64,000 nucleotides of DNA from Deltaproteobacteria bacterium. GTDB taxonomy: Bacteria; Desulfobacterota; Binatia; UBA9968. The notes under the pieces were generated by a model. That model had not been told where the DNA came from. It saw only the letters and a list, made by a program, of their open reading frames with translations, and did no database searches. The stretch spans positions 14,348 to 78,347 of the forward strand of contig SHYW01000001.1 of the NCBI GenBank assembly GCA_009692615.1, read 5' to 3'. Both the position numbers and the translations under genes were made by a program. This document shows positions 8,963 through 19,063 of this stretch, in pieces; position 1 is the first letter of the stretch; each line of letters begins with the position of its first letter.

Positions 8963-10141
8963 ATGAAAGCGAAGCCGGCGGATGACGCCGCGGTGTTGTC
9001 CGCGCGAATTAAAACCGCGGCCCAACAGCTGGGTTTTGAATTGGTCGGCATCTCGGCGGTCAAAGCGCCGCTCCATGAGCAGTCTTTTGCGCAGTGGCTG
9101 CGCGACGGCTTCGCCGGCGAATTGGGCTACATGGCGCGCACTGAAACGTTGCGCCGCGATCCTCATGAGTTAGTTCCCTGGGCCGAGTCGGTAATTTCGG
9201 TGGGGCTCAATTATTTTACGCCGCCGGCGCGGCCCGAGTCGGTGGCCGGAACCGCCGGATGGATTTCCCGCTACGCTTGGGGCGACGACTATCACGAGCT
9301 CATGCAGGGCAAATTGCAGGCGCTGCTGCAAAGCATCGAGCAGCATGCGGGAACGCCGGTGCAGGGACGCGCCTTCGTCGACTCGGGGCCGGTGCTCGAG
9401 CGCGATCATGCTGGGGTCGCCGGTCTCGGCTGGATCGGCAAAAATACCCAACTGATTTCGCCCAAGAAGGGCTCGTGGTTTTTTCTCGGTGAGCTGTTCG
9501 TCGATCTGCCGTTAGTCTATGACCGGCCGATCCGCGACCGCTGCGGCAAGTGCGATCTCTGTCTCAAAGCCTGTCCGACCCAAGCTTTCGTCGGCCCCTA
9601 CATTCTCGACGCTCGCCGCTGCATATCTTATCTCACCATCGAGCTCAAAGGTTTCATGCCGCGCCACCTACGGCCGCTGGTCGGCAATCATATTTTTGGC
9701 TGCGACATTTGTCAGGATGTTTGCCCGTACAATGTGAAAGCCGAGGCCAGCGCCGAGAGCGCCTTCGGCCCGCGGCCGGGTCTGCATGCGCCGCAGTTGA
9801 CGCCGTTGCTATCGCTCAGCGCCGCCGAGTTTCGCGAAAAATTTCGCGGCAGCCCGATCTTGCGCGCCAAGCGGCGCGGTTTTTTGCGCAACGTCGCCGT
9901 CGCGCTCGGCAATCTCAAGAATCGCGCCGCCGTACCGGCGTTGATCGATGCCTTGAACGACGAAGAACCGTTGGTGCGCGGCCACGTTGCTTGGGCTTTG
10001 GGTGAGATCGGCGGCGATTCGGCGCTCGCTGCTTTGTCTCGCCGCCGGCAAATCGAATTGGATGAAACGGTGCTGAGTGAAATTGACGAAGCGGTGAAAT
10101 CGCTGAGTCCGTTGAGTGCGATGGCGCCGGTCGAGTCCTGA
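8963..10141 (+). CDS. queG: Epoxyqueuosine reductase QueG (4Fe-4S, cobalamin) with C-terminal HEAT repeats
   Basis: CGKCDLCLKACPTQAF and CDICQDVCPYN ferredoxin motifs, QueG N-terminal region, C-terminal HEAT-like LVRGHVAWALGEIG. Confidence 0.9.
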   Translation: MKAKPADDAAVLSARIKTAAQQLGFELVGISAVKAPLHEQSFAQWLRDGFAGELGYMARTETLRRDPHELVPWAESVISVGLNYFTPPARPESVAGTAGWISRYAWGDDYHELMQGKLQALLQSIEQHAGTPVQGRAFVDSGPVLERDHAGVAGLGWIGKNTQLISPKKGSWFFLGELFVDLPLVYDRPIRDRCGKCDLCLKACPTQAFVGPYILDARRCISYLTIELKGFMPRHLRPLVGNHIFGCDICQDVCPYNVKAEASAESAFGPRPGLHAPQLTPLLSLSAAEFREKFRGSPILRAKRRGFLRNVAVALGNLKNRAAVPALIDALNDEEPLVRGHVAWALGEIGGDSALAALSRRRQIELDETVLSEIDEAVKSLSPLSAMAPVES

Positions 10142-10222
10142 CTGGGTTTCCTTGATCTTCCCAGTTCTGGATGTTAATTCTCGCGGTGCATTTAAATAAT
10201 ATTTATTGAGGAAAATCTTTCC

Positions 10223-11011
10223 ATGTCAGATTTCGTACTGTTCGAACAAAAGGGCCATGTCGCGATTGTCACGATCAACCGGCCCGACCGCATGAATGCT
10301 CTGGGCCATGAGGTGCGAACCGGTTTGGTCGACGCGTTTCTAAAAGTTCGCCATGAGCCGTCGATCAAAGTCGCGGTGATTACCGGCGCCGGCGATAAGG
10401 CGTTTTCCGCGGGCGCCGATTTGAAAGAGCACAACGAAATTTTTCAAAAGAAATCTTATCGCGTCGGGCCCGACTATGGCGCGCTCGACGAGCCGCCGCA
10501 CTCGAGTCAACTTGCCATCGAAACCTACAAGCCGACCATCGCGGCGGTGAACGGCTACGCGCTGGCCGGCGGCTGTGAATTAACTTTGGCGTGCGATATT
10601 CGTATCGCATCGGAAAATGCCCGCTTCGGTTTGCCGGAAGCGAAGCGCGGCCGCGGCGCCAATTTCGCCACGGTGATGTTGCAGTATTTGATTCCGCGCG
10701 GCATCGCCATGGAAATGCTTTTCACCGGCGAGCAGATTTCCGCGCAGGACGCGTTGCGTTTTGGTCTGGTCAACCGGGTGGTGCCGTTGGCGGAATTATT
10801 ACCGACCGCAGTGGCGTTGGCGGATAAGATCGCCGAAAACGCGCCGGTGTCGTTGCGCCGCATTAAAGAACTGTCGGTGAAGTCGATCGGCTCGCCGTTG
10901 CTGTTCGCATTGAAAATGGCGCCGGGGCCGAGCCCCTATGAAAGCCAAGACGCGCGCGAAGGCGCCAAGGCTTTCGCTGAAAAGCGCTCTGCGAAATATA
11001 AGGGCGACTGA
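10223..11011 (+). CDS. Enoyl-CoA hydratase/isomerase (crotonase) family protein
   Basis: VAIVTINRPDRMNAL, ITGAGDKAFSAGADLKE, and the AAVNGYALAGGCELTLACDIRIA oxyanion-hole region. Confidence 0.85.
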   Translation: MSDFVLFEQKGHVAIVTINRPDRMNALGHEVRTGLVDAFLKVRHEPSIKVAVITGAGDKAFSAGADLKEHNEIFQKKSYRVGPDYGALDEPPHSSQLAIETYKPTIAAVNGYALAGGCELTLACDIRIASENARFGLPEAKRGRGANFATVMLQYLIPRGIAMEMLFTGEQISAQDALRFGLVNRVVPLAELLPTAVALADKIAENAPVSLRRIKELSVKSIGSPLLFALKMAPGPSPYESQDAREGAKAFAEKRSAKYKGD

Positions 11012-11038
11012 AACTAAGGGTACTACGAGGCGCGCAAA

Positions 11039-11069
11039 GGTAGGGGGCGAAAAATTTTGCGCCCCTACG
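11039..11069. repeat. GGGGCG-stem palindrome (GTAGGGGGCGAAAAATTTTGCGCCCCTAC)
   Basis: Imperfect palindrome immediately upstream of the HMGL-like gene start, overlapping its GAGGAG RBS. Same family as 12307, 18122 and 51184. Confidence 0.6.
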
Positions 11070-11079
11070 AGGAGAGACT

Positions 11080-12240
11080 ATGAGCAACTATCCCAAAGTG
11101 GTTTTGACCGAAGAAGGCATGCGCGACGGTTTGCAAATTGAGCGCGCCGATATTCCTGTGGCGGGGAAGATTCGTTTGCTCGATATGTTGTCCGAGACTG
11201 GGCTTAAAGACATTGCCGTCGGTTCTTTTGTCAGCCCGCGCTGGGTGCCGCAGATGGCGTGCATCGACGAACTGGTCAAAGGCTTTCATCCCAAGCCCGG
11301 CGTCAGCTACACGGCGACGGCGTTGAACGACATGGGCCGGGAGCGCTTGCGCCAATATATTCCGCCGTTGAACGATCTCAAATATCAGGCGCAGACCGCG
11401 GTGTATCTGTGCGACGTGTTCGCTCAGCGTAATATCAACCGCACCATCGCCCAGCAAATGGCGCGCTGGCCCAAGGTGATCGACGAAGCCAAAGCGAAAA
11501 GCGCAAAGGAAGCCGGCATCAGCGTCAGTGCGGCGTGGGGCTCCAACTGGACCGGCCAAGTGTCGCAGGAAGACCGCATGAAGATGCTCGATCGCCAATA
11601 TCAACTTTGGGACGCAGCGGGGATTCCCGTCACCAAGATCGGCATCTCAGATCCGATGGGCTGGAACATGCCGGATCAAGTGGAGCGCCAGCTCGAAGCG
11701 ATTAAAAAACGCTGGCCGGCGATCAAGAGCTTTAACTTACATTTGCACAACACCCGCGGCATGGCGCTGACTTCCTCCTACGTAGCGATGCGCAACTTGG
11801 ATGCCAGCGACACCATGCGCTTGCAGCCGGCCATCGGCGGCATGGGCGGTTGTCCGTTTTGCGGGAACGGCCAGTCGGCGGGTTTGGCGCCGACGGAAGA
11901 TTTGATTCACATGATGGACGGCATGGGCATCGACACCGGCGTCGATCTCGACAAGTTGATCGAGGCGGTGTGGGTCGCCGAAGAGTTGGTCGGTCATCCG
12001 CTGTGGGGTCATGTGTCGAAGGGGGGACCGCGGCCGAGCGGCAAAAAACTTTACTCGATGGACATGCCGTTCGTCGAAACCCTCGATCATGCGCGCCACT
12101 TCATCAAAGGCGCCGCGGCGTACAAGGACGCGCCGTCGCCGTGGAAAGAAACGATCAAAAGCCCGCAGCGTCCGGAGACGATGAACGGCGATGCAGCGAA
12201 ATCGACTTCAGAGCAGAGCGGGCGCTGGCTGCCGTTGTAG
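11080..12240 (+). CDS. Hydroxymethylglutaryl-CoA lyase-like (DRE-TIM metallolyase) family protein
   Basis: EEGMRDGLQ (EVGPRDGLQ-type motif). HLHNTRGMA metal-binding motif. TIM-barrel aldolase layout. ~80 aa C-terminal extension. Confidence 0.8.
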   Translation: MSNYPKVVLTEEGMRDGLQIERADIPVAGKIRLLDMLSETGLKDIAVGSFVSPRWVPQMACIDELVKGFHPKPGVSYTATALNDMGRERLRQYIPPLNDLKYQAQTAVYLCDVFAQRNINRTIAQQMARWPKVIDEAKAKSAKEAGISVSAAWGSNWTGQVSQEDRMKMLDRQYQLWDAAGIPVTKIGISDPMGWNMPDQVERQLEAIKKRWPAIKSFNLHLHNTRGMALTSSYVAMRNLDASDTMRLQPAIGGMGGCPFCGNGQSAGLAPTEDLIHMMDGMGIDTGVDLDKLIEAVWVAEELVGHPLWGHVSKGGPRPSGKKLYSMDMPFVETLDHARHFIKGAAAYKDAPSPWKETIKSPQRPETMNGDAAKSTSEQSGRWLPL

Positions 12241-12306
12241 GATCACATTCGACAGAAATGTTTGAGGCGTTTTCTTCCTCATCGCGGAGGACGGGCGGTT
12301 TGCGAT

Positions 12307-12333
12307 GTAGGGGCGAAATTTTTTTCGCCCTAC
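12307..12333. repeat. GGGGCG-stem palindrome (GTAGGGGCGAAATTTTTTTCGCCCTAC)
   Basis: Near-perfect palindrome between the HMGL-like gene and the acyl-CoA synthetase gene. Confidence 0.6.
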
Positions 12334-12396
12334 AATAATCCGTCGTGGCACATCCAGGTAGTCATTGCGACGCTAATAATTCACCGGAGGAAGTTT

Positions 12397-14474
12397 TCGT
12401 GTCCGATCCTAGAGTTGGTTTACTATTTGATCCTAAATCCGTTGCCATCATCGGCGCCTCGGCGGATCTTGCCAAGGCGTCGGGGCTGCCGCTGCGCAAT
12501 ATTATTAACTCGAAATTCGCCGGCAAGATTTATCCTGTCAATCCGCGCGCGACGGAAATTAGCGGGCTTACCTGTTATCCAACCGTGACGGATTTGCCTG
12601 AAGCGCCCGATGTCGTGATCCTGATGGTCGATGCGAAACTGACGGCGCAAATCTTAGAAGAGTGCGGCAGGAAGGGCGTGAAAACCGCGATCATCGGTTC
12701 CGCCGGTTTCAGCGAGGACGGGCCGGAAGGGCAAGCGCGCCAAGACGAAGTCAGCGCCATTGCCAAACGCTACGACATTCGCGTCTGCGGCCCCAACTGT
12801 CACGGCACCTTCAATGTTTATAAAAATATTCCCTGCGGCTACGATCACGCCTTCGCTCTACCGATCAAGCCGGGACCGGTGGCGATCGCGTCGCACAGCG
12901 GCGCACTCTTGGGCGTCATCGGCCATCGCGCCGTGCAGGCCAATCAGGGATTTAGTTATATGGTCAGCAACGGCAACGAGATGGATGTCGATCTGTGCGA
13001 CTTCACCGAGTTTTTTCTTGAAGACGACAACACCCAAGTGGTCGCTGTGCTGATGGAAGGTTTGAAGAACGGGCCGCGCTTTCTCCAACTCGCCGAGCGC
13101 GCGCACGAGCTTGGCAAAAAGATTGTCGTGCTCAAAGTCGGCAAGTCCGAGCGCGGCGCGTTGACGACCCTGGCGCATACCGCGCGCATGGCCGGCGCCG
13201 GCGAAGTTTACGAAGCGGCGTTTCGCCAGCACGGTATTATTTCAACGGATACCGTCGAAACCTTTCTAGGTAGCGCGCAGTTGGCGGCGCACCAACCGGT
13301 GCCGCGCGGCGGACGCCTCGTCGTCATGACATCCAGCGGCGCGGGCGCCAGTTTGATGGCCGACAAGGCGAGTGAATATGGCATCGAGCTTGCCGATATT
13401 TCCGAACAAGCTCAGTCGCGCATCCCGCAACGGCGCACGGCGATCTTGACCAATCCTTTCGACACCGCCGGCACTTCGCGGGCGCCGGGATTTCTTCAGG
13501 CGGCATGTGAAGCATTAGCCGAAGATCAAGCCAACGACTGCATGCTCATGTACATGGGGCCGCTGGCGGTGCGCCACGAATATGGCCGGCAGTTTGCCGC
13601 CGCCGCGGAGAAATTCAGCAAGACGGCGGCGGCGATCATCAATCTGTCCGAAACCGACATGCGCGATATTTTTCAAGAGAAGCATATCCCAGTCTACGAT
13701 GCGGCGACGGATGCCTGTTTCAGAATGCTGCGCGGTTACATCGATTACGGCCAGTTCCTTGAACGGCGCAAAGCTGCGCCACGCCGCAGTTCGAATTCAC
13801 AACCAGTGCGCGCCGGTGTCGAGGCAATTCTCAATGCGCAACGCGGAACGAAAATGCTGCCCGCTGCGCCAACGGTTGAGTTGTTGAACGCCTATGGATT
13901 TTCTTGCGCGAGCGCCGTTCTCGTTTCATCGATCGCTGAAGCGAAAGCGGCCGCGGCGAAACTTGGCTATCCGGTCATTCTCAAGGGTTTAGCGCCGAAT
14001 GTGGCGCATCGCAGCGATGCGGGATTGGTCAGTGGAAAAGTCTCCGACGATGGCGGGCTTGAAAAAGCGTTTGCCGCAATCGCCGCTAAGTTAGCGGCGC
14101 CGCTGTCGGTCAGCGTCGAGAAGTTTATCGATCATGACCTCGAAGTGATTCTTGGCGTGAAGTATGACGCGACCTTCGGCCCGGTGATCCTCTGCGGTCT
14201 GGGCGGGATTTTTACCGAGGTCTTAAAAGATTTTGCGCTTCGGCTCGCGCCGCTGACTCAAGCCGACGCCGAAGAAATGCTGGCGGCGCTCAAAGCTTAT
14301 CCGGTCTTGCAAAAATCGCCGCACAATGTCGAGGCGCTTATCCTTGCACTGCTCCGGCTGTCCGATCTCGCCGTGGAACTCAATGGCAGGATTCAGGCGG
14401 TGGATATCAATCCCATCGGCTTAAGCGGCGCATCGGCGCCGGCCTTGGTGCTCGACGCCAAGATTCATTGGTAA
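12397..14474 (+). CDS. Acyl-CoA synthetase (NDP-forming), fused CoA-binding/ligase-CoA and ATP-grasp domains (acetate--CoA ligase family)
   Basis: CoA-binding Rossmann VAIIGASADLAKASGLPLRN..YPVNP. Succinyl-CoA-synthetase-like alpha domain. C-terminal ATP-grasp (GYPVILKGLAPNVAHRSDAGLV). Likely GTG start at ~12397 after GGAGG; the ORF-track ATG at 12345 is probably upstream of the true start. Confidence 0.8.
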
Positions 14475-14494
14475 ATTTAGCGGAAGCGGATGTC

Positions 14495-15541
14495 ATGAAA
14501 TCGTCGACGAGTTTTCTTGCAAGATTTTGTTTGGCCCTTGCGTTGGTTCCGCCCGCGCTTGTTGCGGCCCAGAGCGAGCACGACTTCAAAGGCAAAACCA
14601 TTCGCATCGTCATCGGCACCAGCACCGGCGGTGGTGTCGATCTCTATGCGCGCTTGGTGGCGCAGTTTCTCGGTAAGCATTTGCCGGGCGAGCCGTTTAT
14701 CATGGCGCAAAACATGCCCGGCGCGAGTTCCGTGGTTGCCGCCAATTACGTCTACAGCGTAGCCAAGCCCGACGGCTTGACCTTGGGCGCATTGCAGGGC
14801 GGCGCCTTTTTCGATCAGGTTCTCGGTCACAGCGCGGTGAAGTTCGATTGGTCCAAGTTCACTTGGATCGGCTCATCGGAGCGGCTGGAAGCGCAGCTCT
14901 ACATGCGCGCCGATAGCCCGTACAAAACTCTCGACGACATTCGCCGCGCCAGCGAGCCGCCGCGCTGCGGCGGCGCCGGCACCGGCGCGACCGGCTACTT
15001 CGTGCCGAAGGTGCTGGAAGAAACCCTCGGACTGAAATTCAAAACCGTCACCGGTTATCAGAGCGGCGGCGAGATCGATGTCGCCGTCGAGCGCGGCGAA
15101 CTGCATTGCCGCGCCTTTGACATCGGCAGCTTCGTCGGCCGCGATCCGACCCGCACTTGGTTCAAAAATGGTTATGTGAAGAGTTTGATTCAGACCGGCA
15201 GGAAACGCGACGTTCGCTTGGGCGACGTGCCGACGCTCTACGAATTGATGGACAAGCAGAAAACTTCCGATGCGCTGCGCCGCATGGCGACTGTGGTGCT
15301 CTCCTCCGGCGGTTTCGGCCGCCCGATGGTGGCGCCGCCAGGAATGCCGGCCGAGATCGCACGGATTATTCGCGACGGCTACGCGAAGATGTTGAAAGAT
15401 GCGGAATTCATCGCCGAAGTAAAAAAGCGCCGCTACGATCTCGAACCGATCGGTTGGGAAGAGATGCAGAACTTGGCTAAAGAAGTGGTGAGTCAGCCTA
15501 TCGACGTGGTGGAACGGGTGAAAAAGATTTTAGAAAATTAG
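14495..15541 (+). CDS. Tripartite tricarboxylate transporter substrate-binding protein (Bug/TctC family)
   Basis: Signal peptide MKSSTSFLARFCLALALVPPALVAA. Bug-family motifs KTIRIVIGTSTGGGVDLYARL and MPGASSVVAANYV. Paralog of 52525..53574. Confidence 0.8.
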   Translation: MKSSTSFLARFCLALALVPPALVAAQSEHDFKGKTIRIVIGTSTGGGVDLYARLVAQFLGKHLPGEPFIMAQNMPGASSVVAANYVYSVAKPDGLTLGALQGGAFFDQVLGHSAVKFDWSKFTWIGSSERLEAQLYMRADSPYKTLDDIRRASEPPRCGGAGTGATGYFVPKVLEETLGLKFKTVTGYQSGGEIDVAVERGELHCRAFDIGSFVGRDPTRTWFKNGYVKSLIQTGRKRDVRLGDVPTLYELMDKQKTSDALRRMATVVLSSGGFGRPMVAPPGMPAEIARIIRDGYAKMLKDAEFIAEVKKRRYDLEPIGWEEMQNLAKEVVSQPIDVVERVKKILEN

Positions 15542-15586
15542 CGCGCCGGCGCATTGTTTCCGTTTTACGCCGGTGTGAGTTCCTCC

Positions 15587-15624
15587 GTGTTTGACTACTA
15601 AAACTGTTTTCAGTATTCAAACAC
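15587..15624. promoter_or_regulatory. Palindromic candidate operator immediately upstream of lexA
   Basis: GTGTTTGA-N22-TCAAACAC outer inverted repeat enclosing the near-palindrome TACTAAAACTGTTTTCAGTA. Ends 2 nt before the lexA ATG. Identity as a LexA box is inferred from position only. Confidence 0.3.
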
Positions 15625-15625
15625 T

Positions 15626-16234
15626 ATGCTGCCTGTGCTGACGGATCGCCAAAAAGCGATCTACAGTTTTCTCCTAAAAAATATTCGCGACAACGGTTTT
15701 GCACCGTCGATTTCGGAAATCGGTAAGCAATTCAAAATCGCCTCTACCAACGGCGTTTCCGATCATTTAAAAGCTTTAGAGAAAAAAGGATATATCCGCC
15801 GGGTCGGCACCCGGGCCATCGAAGTGCTCAGCGTCTTGGGGAAGACCGTTCTAGGCACGACGCGCGAAGTGCCGTTACTTGGGCGGGTGGCGGCCGGCAA
15901 GCCGCTCTTGAGCGAGGAAAATATCGAAGGGCTGCTGTCGATTCCCAGCGACATGGGCAGCGGCAAACTTTTTGCCTTGCAGGTCAAAGGCGACAGCATG
16001 ACCGGCGCCGGCATCCTCGACGGCGACCGGGTGATCATCAAGCAGCAGGGCGGCGCGGAGAACGGCGAGATTGTCTGCGCGATCATCGACGGCGAAGCGA
16101 CCCTCAAACGATTCTACAAAGAAGACGGCGTCGTGACGCTCAAGGCGGAAAATGAAAAATACCCGCCGATCACGGTTTCCCAAGGCGAGTTCCGCATCGC
16201 CGGAAAAATTGTCGGCCTGCTGAGGAAGTTTTAG
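15626..16234 (+). CDS. lexA: LexA transcriptional repressor (SOS regulon)
   Basis: Winged-HTH N-domain (ISEIGKQF...HLKALEKKGYIRR). Ala-Gly cleavage site (VAAGKP). S24 peptidase Ser/Lys dyad (GDSM ... TLKRF). Confidence 0.9.
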   Translation: MLPVLTDRQKAIYSFLLKNIRDNGFAPSISEIGKQFKIASTNGVSDHLKALEKKGYIRRVGTRAIEVLSVLGKTVLGTTREVPLLGRVAAGKPLLSEENIEGLLSIPSDMGSGKLFALQVKGDSMTGAGILDGDRVIIKQQGGAENGEIVCAIIDGEATLKRFYKEDGVVTLKAENEKYPPITVSQGEFRIAGKIVGLLRKF

Positions 16235-16297
16235 CAGCGATTTTGGTATTACAACTGACGAATAATTTTCAGCGAGTCCGACTGTGAGATCAGAATT

Positions 16298-18058
16298 ATG
16301 AAATCGGAAATTCCGAGCGAAGCGAGGATCGACGCGTTCACCGCCGAAGTGATTCGCAGCGCGCTGATCGCGATCACCGGCGAGATGAAGACCAATCTGA
16401 TGCGCACGGCGTATCACACGATCATCTACGAGGCGGAGGATTTTACCGTCGGGTTGTTCGACGCCGACGGCAACACGATTTCTATCGGCCTCGGTCTGCC
16501 GATGTTCATCCGCGGTTTGTCCGACGCGATCAGAGCCAAGATCGCCCATTGGGGCAAGGACAATATTCATCCCGGCGATATTCTCCTCACCAACGACAGC
16601 TACATCATGGGCAGCCATTTGAATCACATGATTTATACGCTGCCGATTTTCAACGACGGTGAGCTGGTGGCGTTCTCATCGTCGATGGCCCATTGGCAGG
16701 ATATCGGCGGGCAGTTGGGCGGCATTACGCGGGATATTTTCTCCGAAGGTTTGCAGCTGCCGTTCGTCAAACACTTTCGCGCCGGCGTCGAGAACAGCGA
16801 GATCACCGACATCATCAAAGCCAACGTGCGGGTGCCGTCGCGGGCGATGGGCGACCTGCGGGCGCAGCTGGCGGCGATCCGCACCGGCGAACGGCGGGTC
16901 ATGCATCTTCTCAAACGCTACGGCAATCGGGCGTTCAAAGAGAGCATTCAAATAGTTTTCGAGCAGAGTGAAAAGCTGGCGCGGGCGGCGGTGGAGAAAA
17001 TTCCCGACGGCGTTTATCAGGCCGAGTCGTTTATGGACGACGACGGCGTCAACATCGGCAAGCATATTCCGATCAAAGTGCGCATCGAAGTGCGCGGCGA
17101 TCAGATGACCATCGACCTCTCCGGGGTCGCGCCGCAGGTGGCGGGCTTTTACAATTCCGGGCCGACCGCGGGCCGCTCGGCGGCGGAATTGGTTTTCAAA
17201 TGCATCACCACGCCGCTGCTGTTGCCGATCAACGAAGGTTCGTTTCGACCGTTGAAAATTATTTTACCGCCGGGCCGGGTGGTGAGCGCGATGAAGCCGG
17301 CGCCGGTGCGGGTCTGGCACACGGTGCCGATGACGGTGTGCGACACGCTGTTCAAAGCGCTCGCCGACGCTTGTCCGGAGCGGACGATTGCCGGGCATTA
17401 CGCCGATCTGTGCATCGTCAATCCCCATGGCTTCGATATTGAAACAGGAAAATTCTTTTTTGCGCATATCGGCCATCCCGGCGGCGGCTGGGGCGCCAAG
17501 TCGGATCAGGACGGCATGAGCGCGACGGTGGCGCTCAACGACGGCGACACCCACAACTCGCCCATCGAAGCGACCGAAGCGAAGAGTCCCATCGTCATCG
17601 AGCAGCGCGCGCTGCGCCAAGACTCCGGCGGCGCCGGCAAGTTTCGCGGCGGTCTGGGCGTGGCGCAGCAAACCCACGTGCGCAAAACCGCGACGATCTA
17701 TTCGCGCATGGAGCGGACGATTTGCGCGCCCTGGGGTTTGCACGACGGCAAAGCGGCACTGGCCAATCGCGTGTCGATCATCCGGCGCGACGGTACGAAA
17801 AAGAGTTTCGCCACCGGTAAATTCAATCCGACGGAGCTCGCCGAAGGCGACGGCTTTTTGGTCGAGACCGCGGGCGGCGGCGGCTTTTGGAGTGCCTTGG
17901 AGCGGGAACCCGAGAAAGTGCTGAGCGATGTGCGCTCAGGTTACGTCTCCTTGGACGCGGCGCGCAGTGAATACGGCGTGGCGATCACCCAGCGCGGACG
18001 CAGGTTTGAACTCGATGTTGAAACGACCGCGGTGTTGCGGCGCAGTTTGGATCGATGA
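16298..18058 (+). CDS. Hydantoinase B/oxoprolinase family protein (HyuB-like)
   Basis: Full-length HyuB architecture (IRSALIAITGEMKTNLMRTAYHTIIYEAEDFTVGLFD...). No adjacent HyuA partner in the window. Confidence 0.85.
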   Translation: MKSEIPSEARIDAFTAEVIRSALIAITGEMKTNLMRTAYHTIIYEAEDFTVGLFDADGNTISIGLGLPMFIRGLSDAIRAKIAHWGKDNIHPGDILLTNDSYIMGSHLNHMIYTLPIFNDGELVAFSSSMAHWQDIGGQLGGITRDIFSEGLQLPFVKHFRAGVENSEITDIIKANVRVPSRAMGDLRAQLAAIRTGERRVMHLLKRYGNRAFKESIQIVFEQSEKLARAAVEKIPDGVYQAESFMDDDGVNIGKHIPIKVRIEVRGDQMTIDLSGVAPQVAGFYNSGPTAGRSAAELVFKCITTPLLLPINEGSFRPLKIILPPGRVVSAMKPAPVRVWHTVPMTVCDTLFKALADACPERTIAGHYADLCIVNPHGFDIETGKFFFAHIGHPGGGWGAKSDQDGMSATVALNDGDTHNSPIEATEAKSPIVIEQRALRQDSGGAGKFRGGLGVAQQTHVRKTATIYSRMERTICAPWGLHDGKAALANRVSIIRRDGTKKSFATGKFNPTELAEGDGFLVETAGGGGFWSALEREPEKVLSDVRSGYVSLDAARSEYGVAITQRGRRFELDVETTAVLRRSLDR

Positions 18059-18081
18059 AGGGCCTCGGATTCGGAGTGTCT

Positions 18082-18182
18082 CTCGCAAAGGCGCAAAGAC
18101 GCAAAGTTCGGAAAGATGTTTTGTAGGGGCGCGATTCATCGCGCCCTCTGACTTAACCTTTGCGCCTTAGCGCCTTTGCGAG
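18082..18182. repeat. Composite hairpin element: CGCAAAG-octamer arms + GTTCGGAAA core + embedded GGGGCG palindrome
   Basis: Left arm CTCGCAAAGGCGCAAAGACGCAAAG. Right arm CCTTTGCGCCTTAGCGCCTTTGCGAG is its reverse complement with 2 mismatches. Core TTCGGAAAGATGTTTTGTAGGGGCGCGATTCATCGCGCCCTCTGA. Lies between hyuB and the MBL-fold gene. Confidence 0.7.
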
Positions 18183-18223
18183 AAAAAATCTCTTTCCGAA
18201 CCGACCTTGGAAAAAAGTGAATT

Positions 18224-19063
18224 ATGGAACAGCTCACAGCAAACGTTTTCGTGGAAACGCAGCAGAAGGGCGCCAATCATGGGTTGGTGACGACTTCGGA
18301 CGGGCTGGTTCTCATCGACACGCCGCACAGGCCGAGCGACGCAGTGCGTTTGCGCGCTGAAATTGAGCGGCGCGGCAAGCTGCGTTACATCATCAATACC
18401 GAGCCGCACAGCGACCACTGGACCGGCAATGCGTTTTTCGACGTGCCGGTGATCGCCCACCATGGCGTGCGCGCGCGCATCCTTGAAACTGACACAGCGA
18501 CTCATCTCGCGCGGGTCGCTTCTTTTGGACCTGAAGAGCCGAAGCTCTTGGAGAACTATCGCGCCAACGCGCCGGTGATTACCTTCGAAAGCGAGATGAA
18601 ACTTCACGTCGGCAATCACACCTTCCGCATGATCCACATGCCCGGCCACACGCCCTATCAAGCGGCGGTGATCGTCGAAGAGGAAGGCGTGACGTTCACC
18701 AGCGATAATATTTTCTGTAAAGTGCAGACCTGGATACAGGAAGGCCAGCCAGATGACTGGCTGAAATCGCTCGAATCGTTGCGTGCGCTGGGCGAAGATA
18801 CTTTCGTTCCCGGCCACGGGCCGGTGTGTGATAAAAGTTATTTAAATGAGCAAGGCGGGTTCATTCAAGAATGGCTCGACTACGTGCGCGGCGCCATCGG
18901 GCGCGGCATGAGCAAAGAAGAATGCGTGACGAATCTCACGTCGTTGACCGACAGATATCCGATGGATGTCGAGCAAGACGGCATGGCGCCGCGGGTGATG
19001 CAGCTGAATGTTGCTAATCTGTACGACTATTTGACGGCGGCGGGAATCCACGCTCGTAGGTGA
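18224..19063 (+). CDS. MBL-fold metallo-hydrolase
   Basis: Metallo-beta-lactamase motifs: HSDHWTG (HxHxDH), HMPGHTP, PGHGP. Confidence 0.8.
   Translation: MEQLTANVFVETQQKGANHGLVTTSDGLVLIDTPHRPSDAVRLRAEIERRGKLRYIINTEPHSDHWTGNAFFDVPVIAHHGVRARILETDTATHLARVASFGPEEPKLLENYRANAPVITFESEMKLHVGNHTFRMIHMPGHTPYQAAVIVEEEGVTFTSDNIFCKVQTWIQEGQPDDWLKSLESLRALGEDTFVPGHGPVCDKSYLNEQGGFIQEWLDYVRGAIGRGMSKEECVTNLTSLTDRYPMDVEQDGMAPRVMQLNVANLYDYLTAAGIHARR

Noticed and set aside
8812-9063. 83-aa ORF on the minus strand with PPFSKGDD / PFEKGGKGGF
   Set aside because: Encoded entirely by the CCCCCTTTGAAAAAGGGGG inverted-repeat element and by the antisense strand of the queG 5' end. A repeat-translation artefact.
10150-10222. 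AT-rich near-palindrome TTAAATAATATTTATT upstream of the enoyl-CoA hydratase gene as an operator
   Set aside because: The palindrome is poor (several mismatches). It is indistinguishable from a generic AT-rich promoter.
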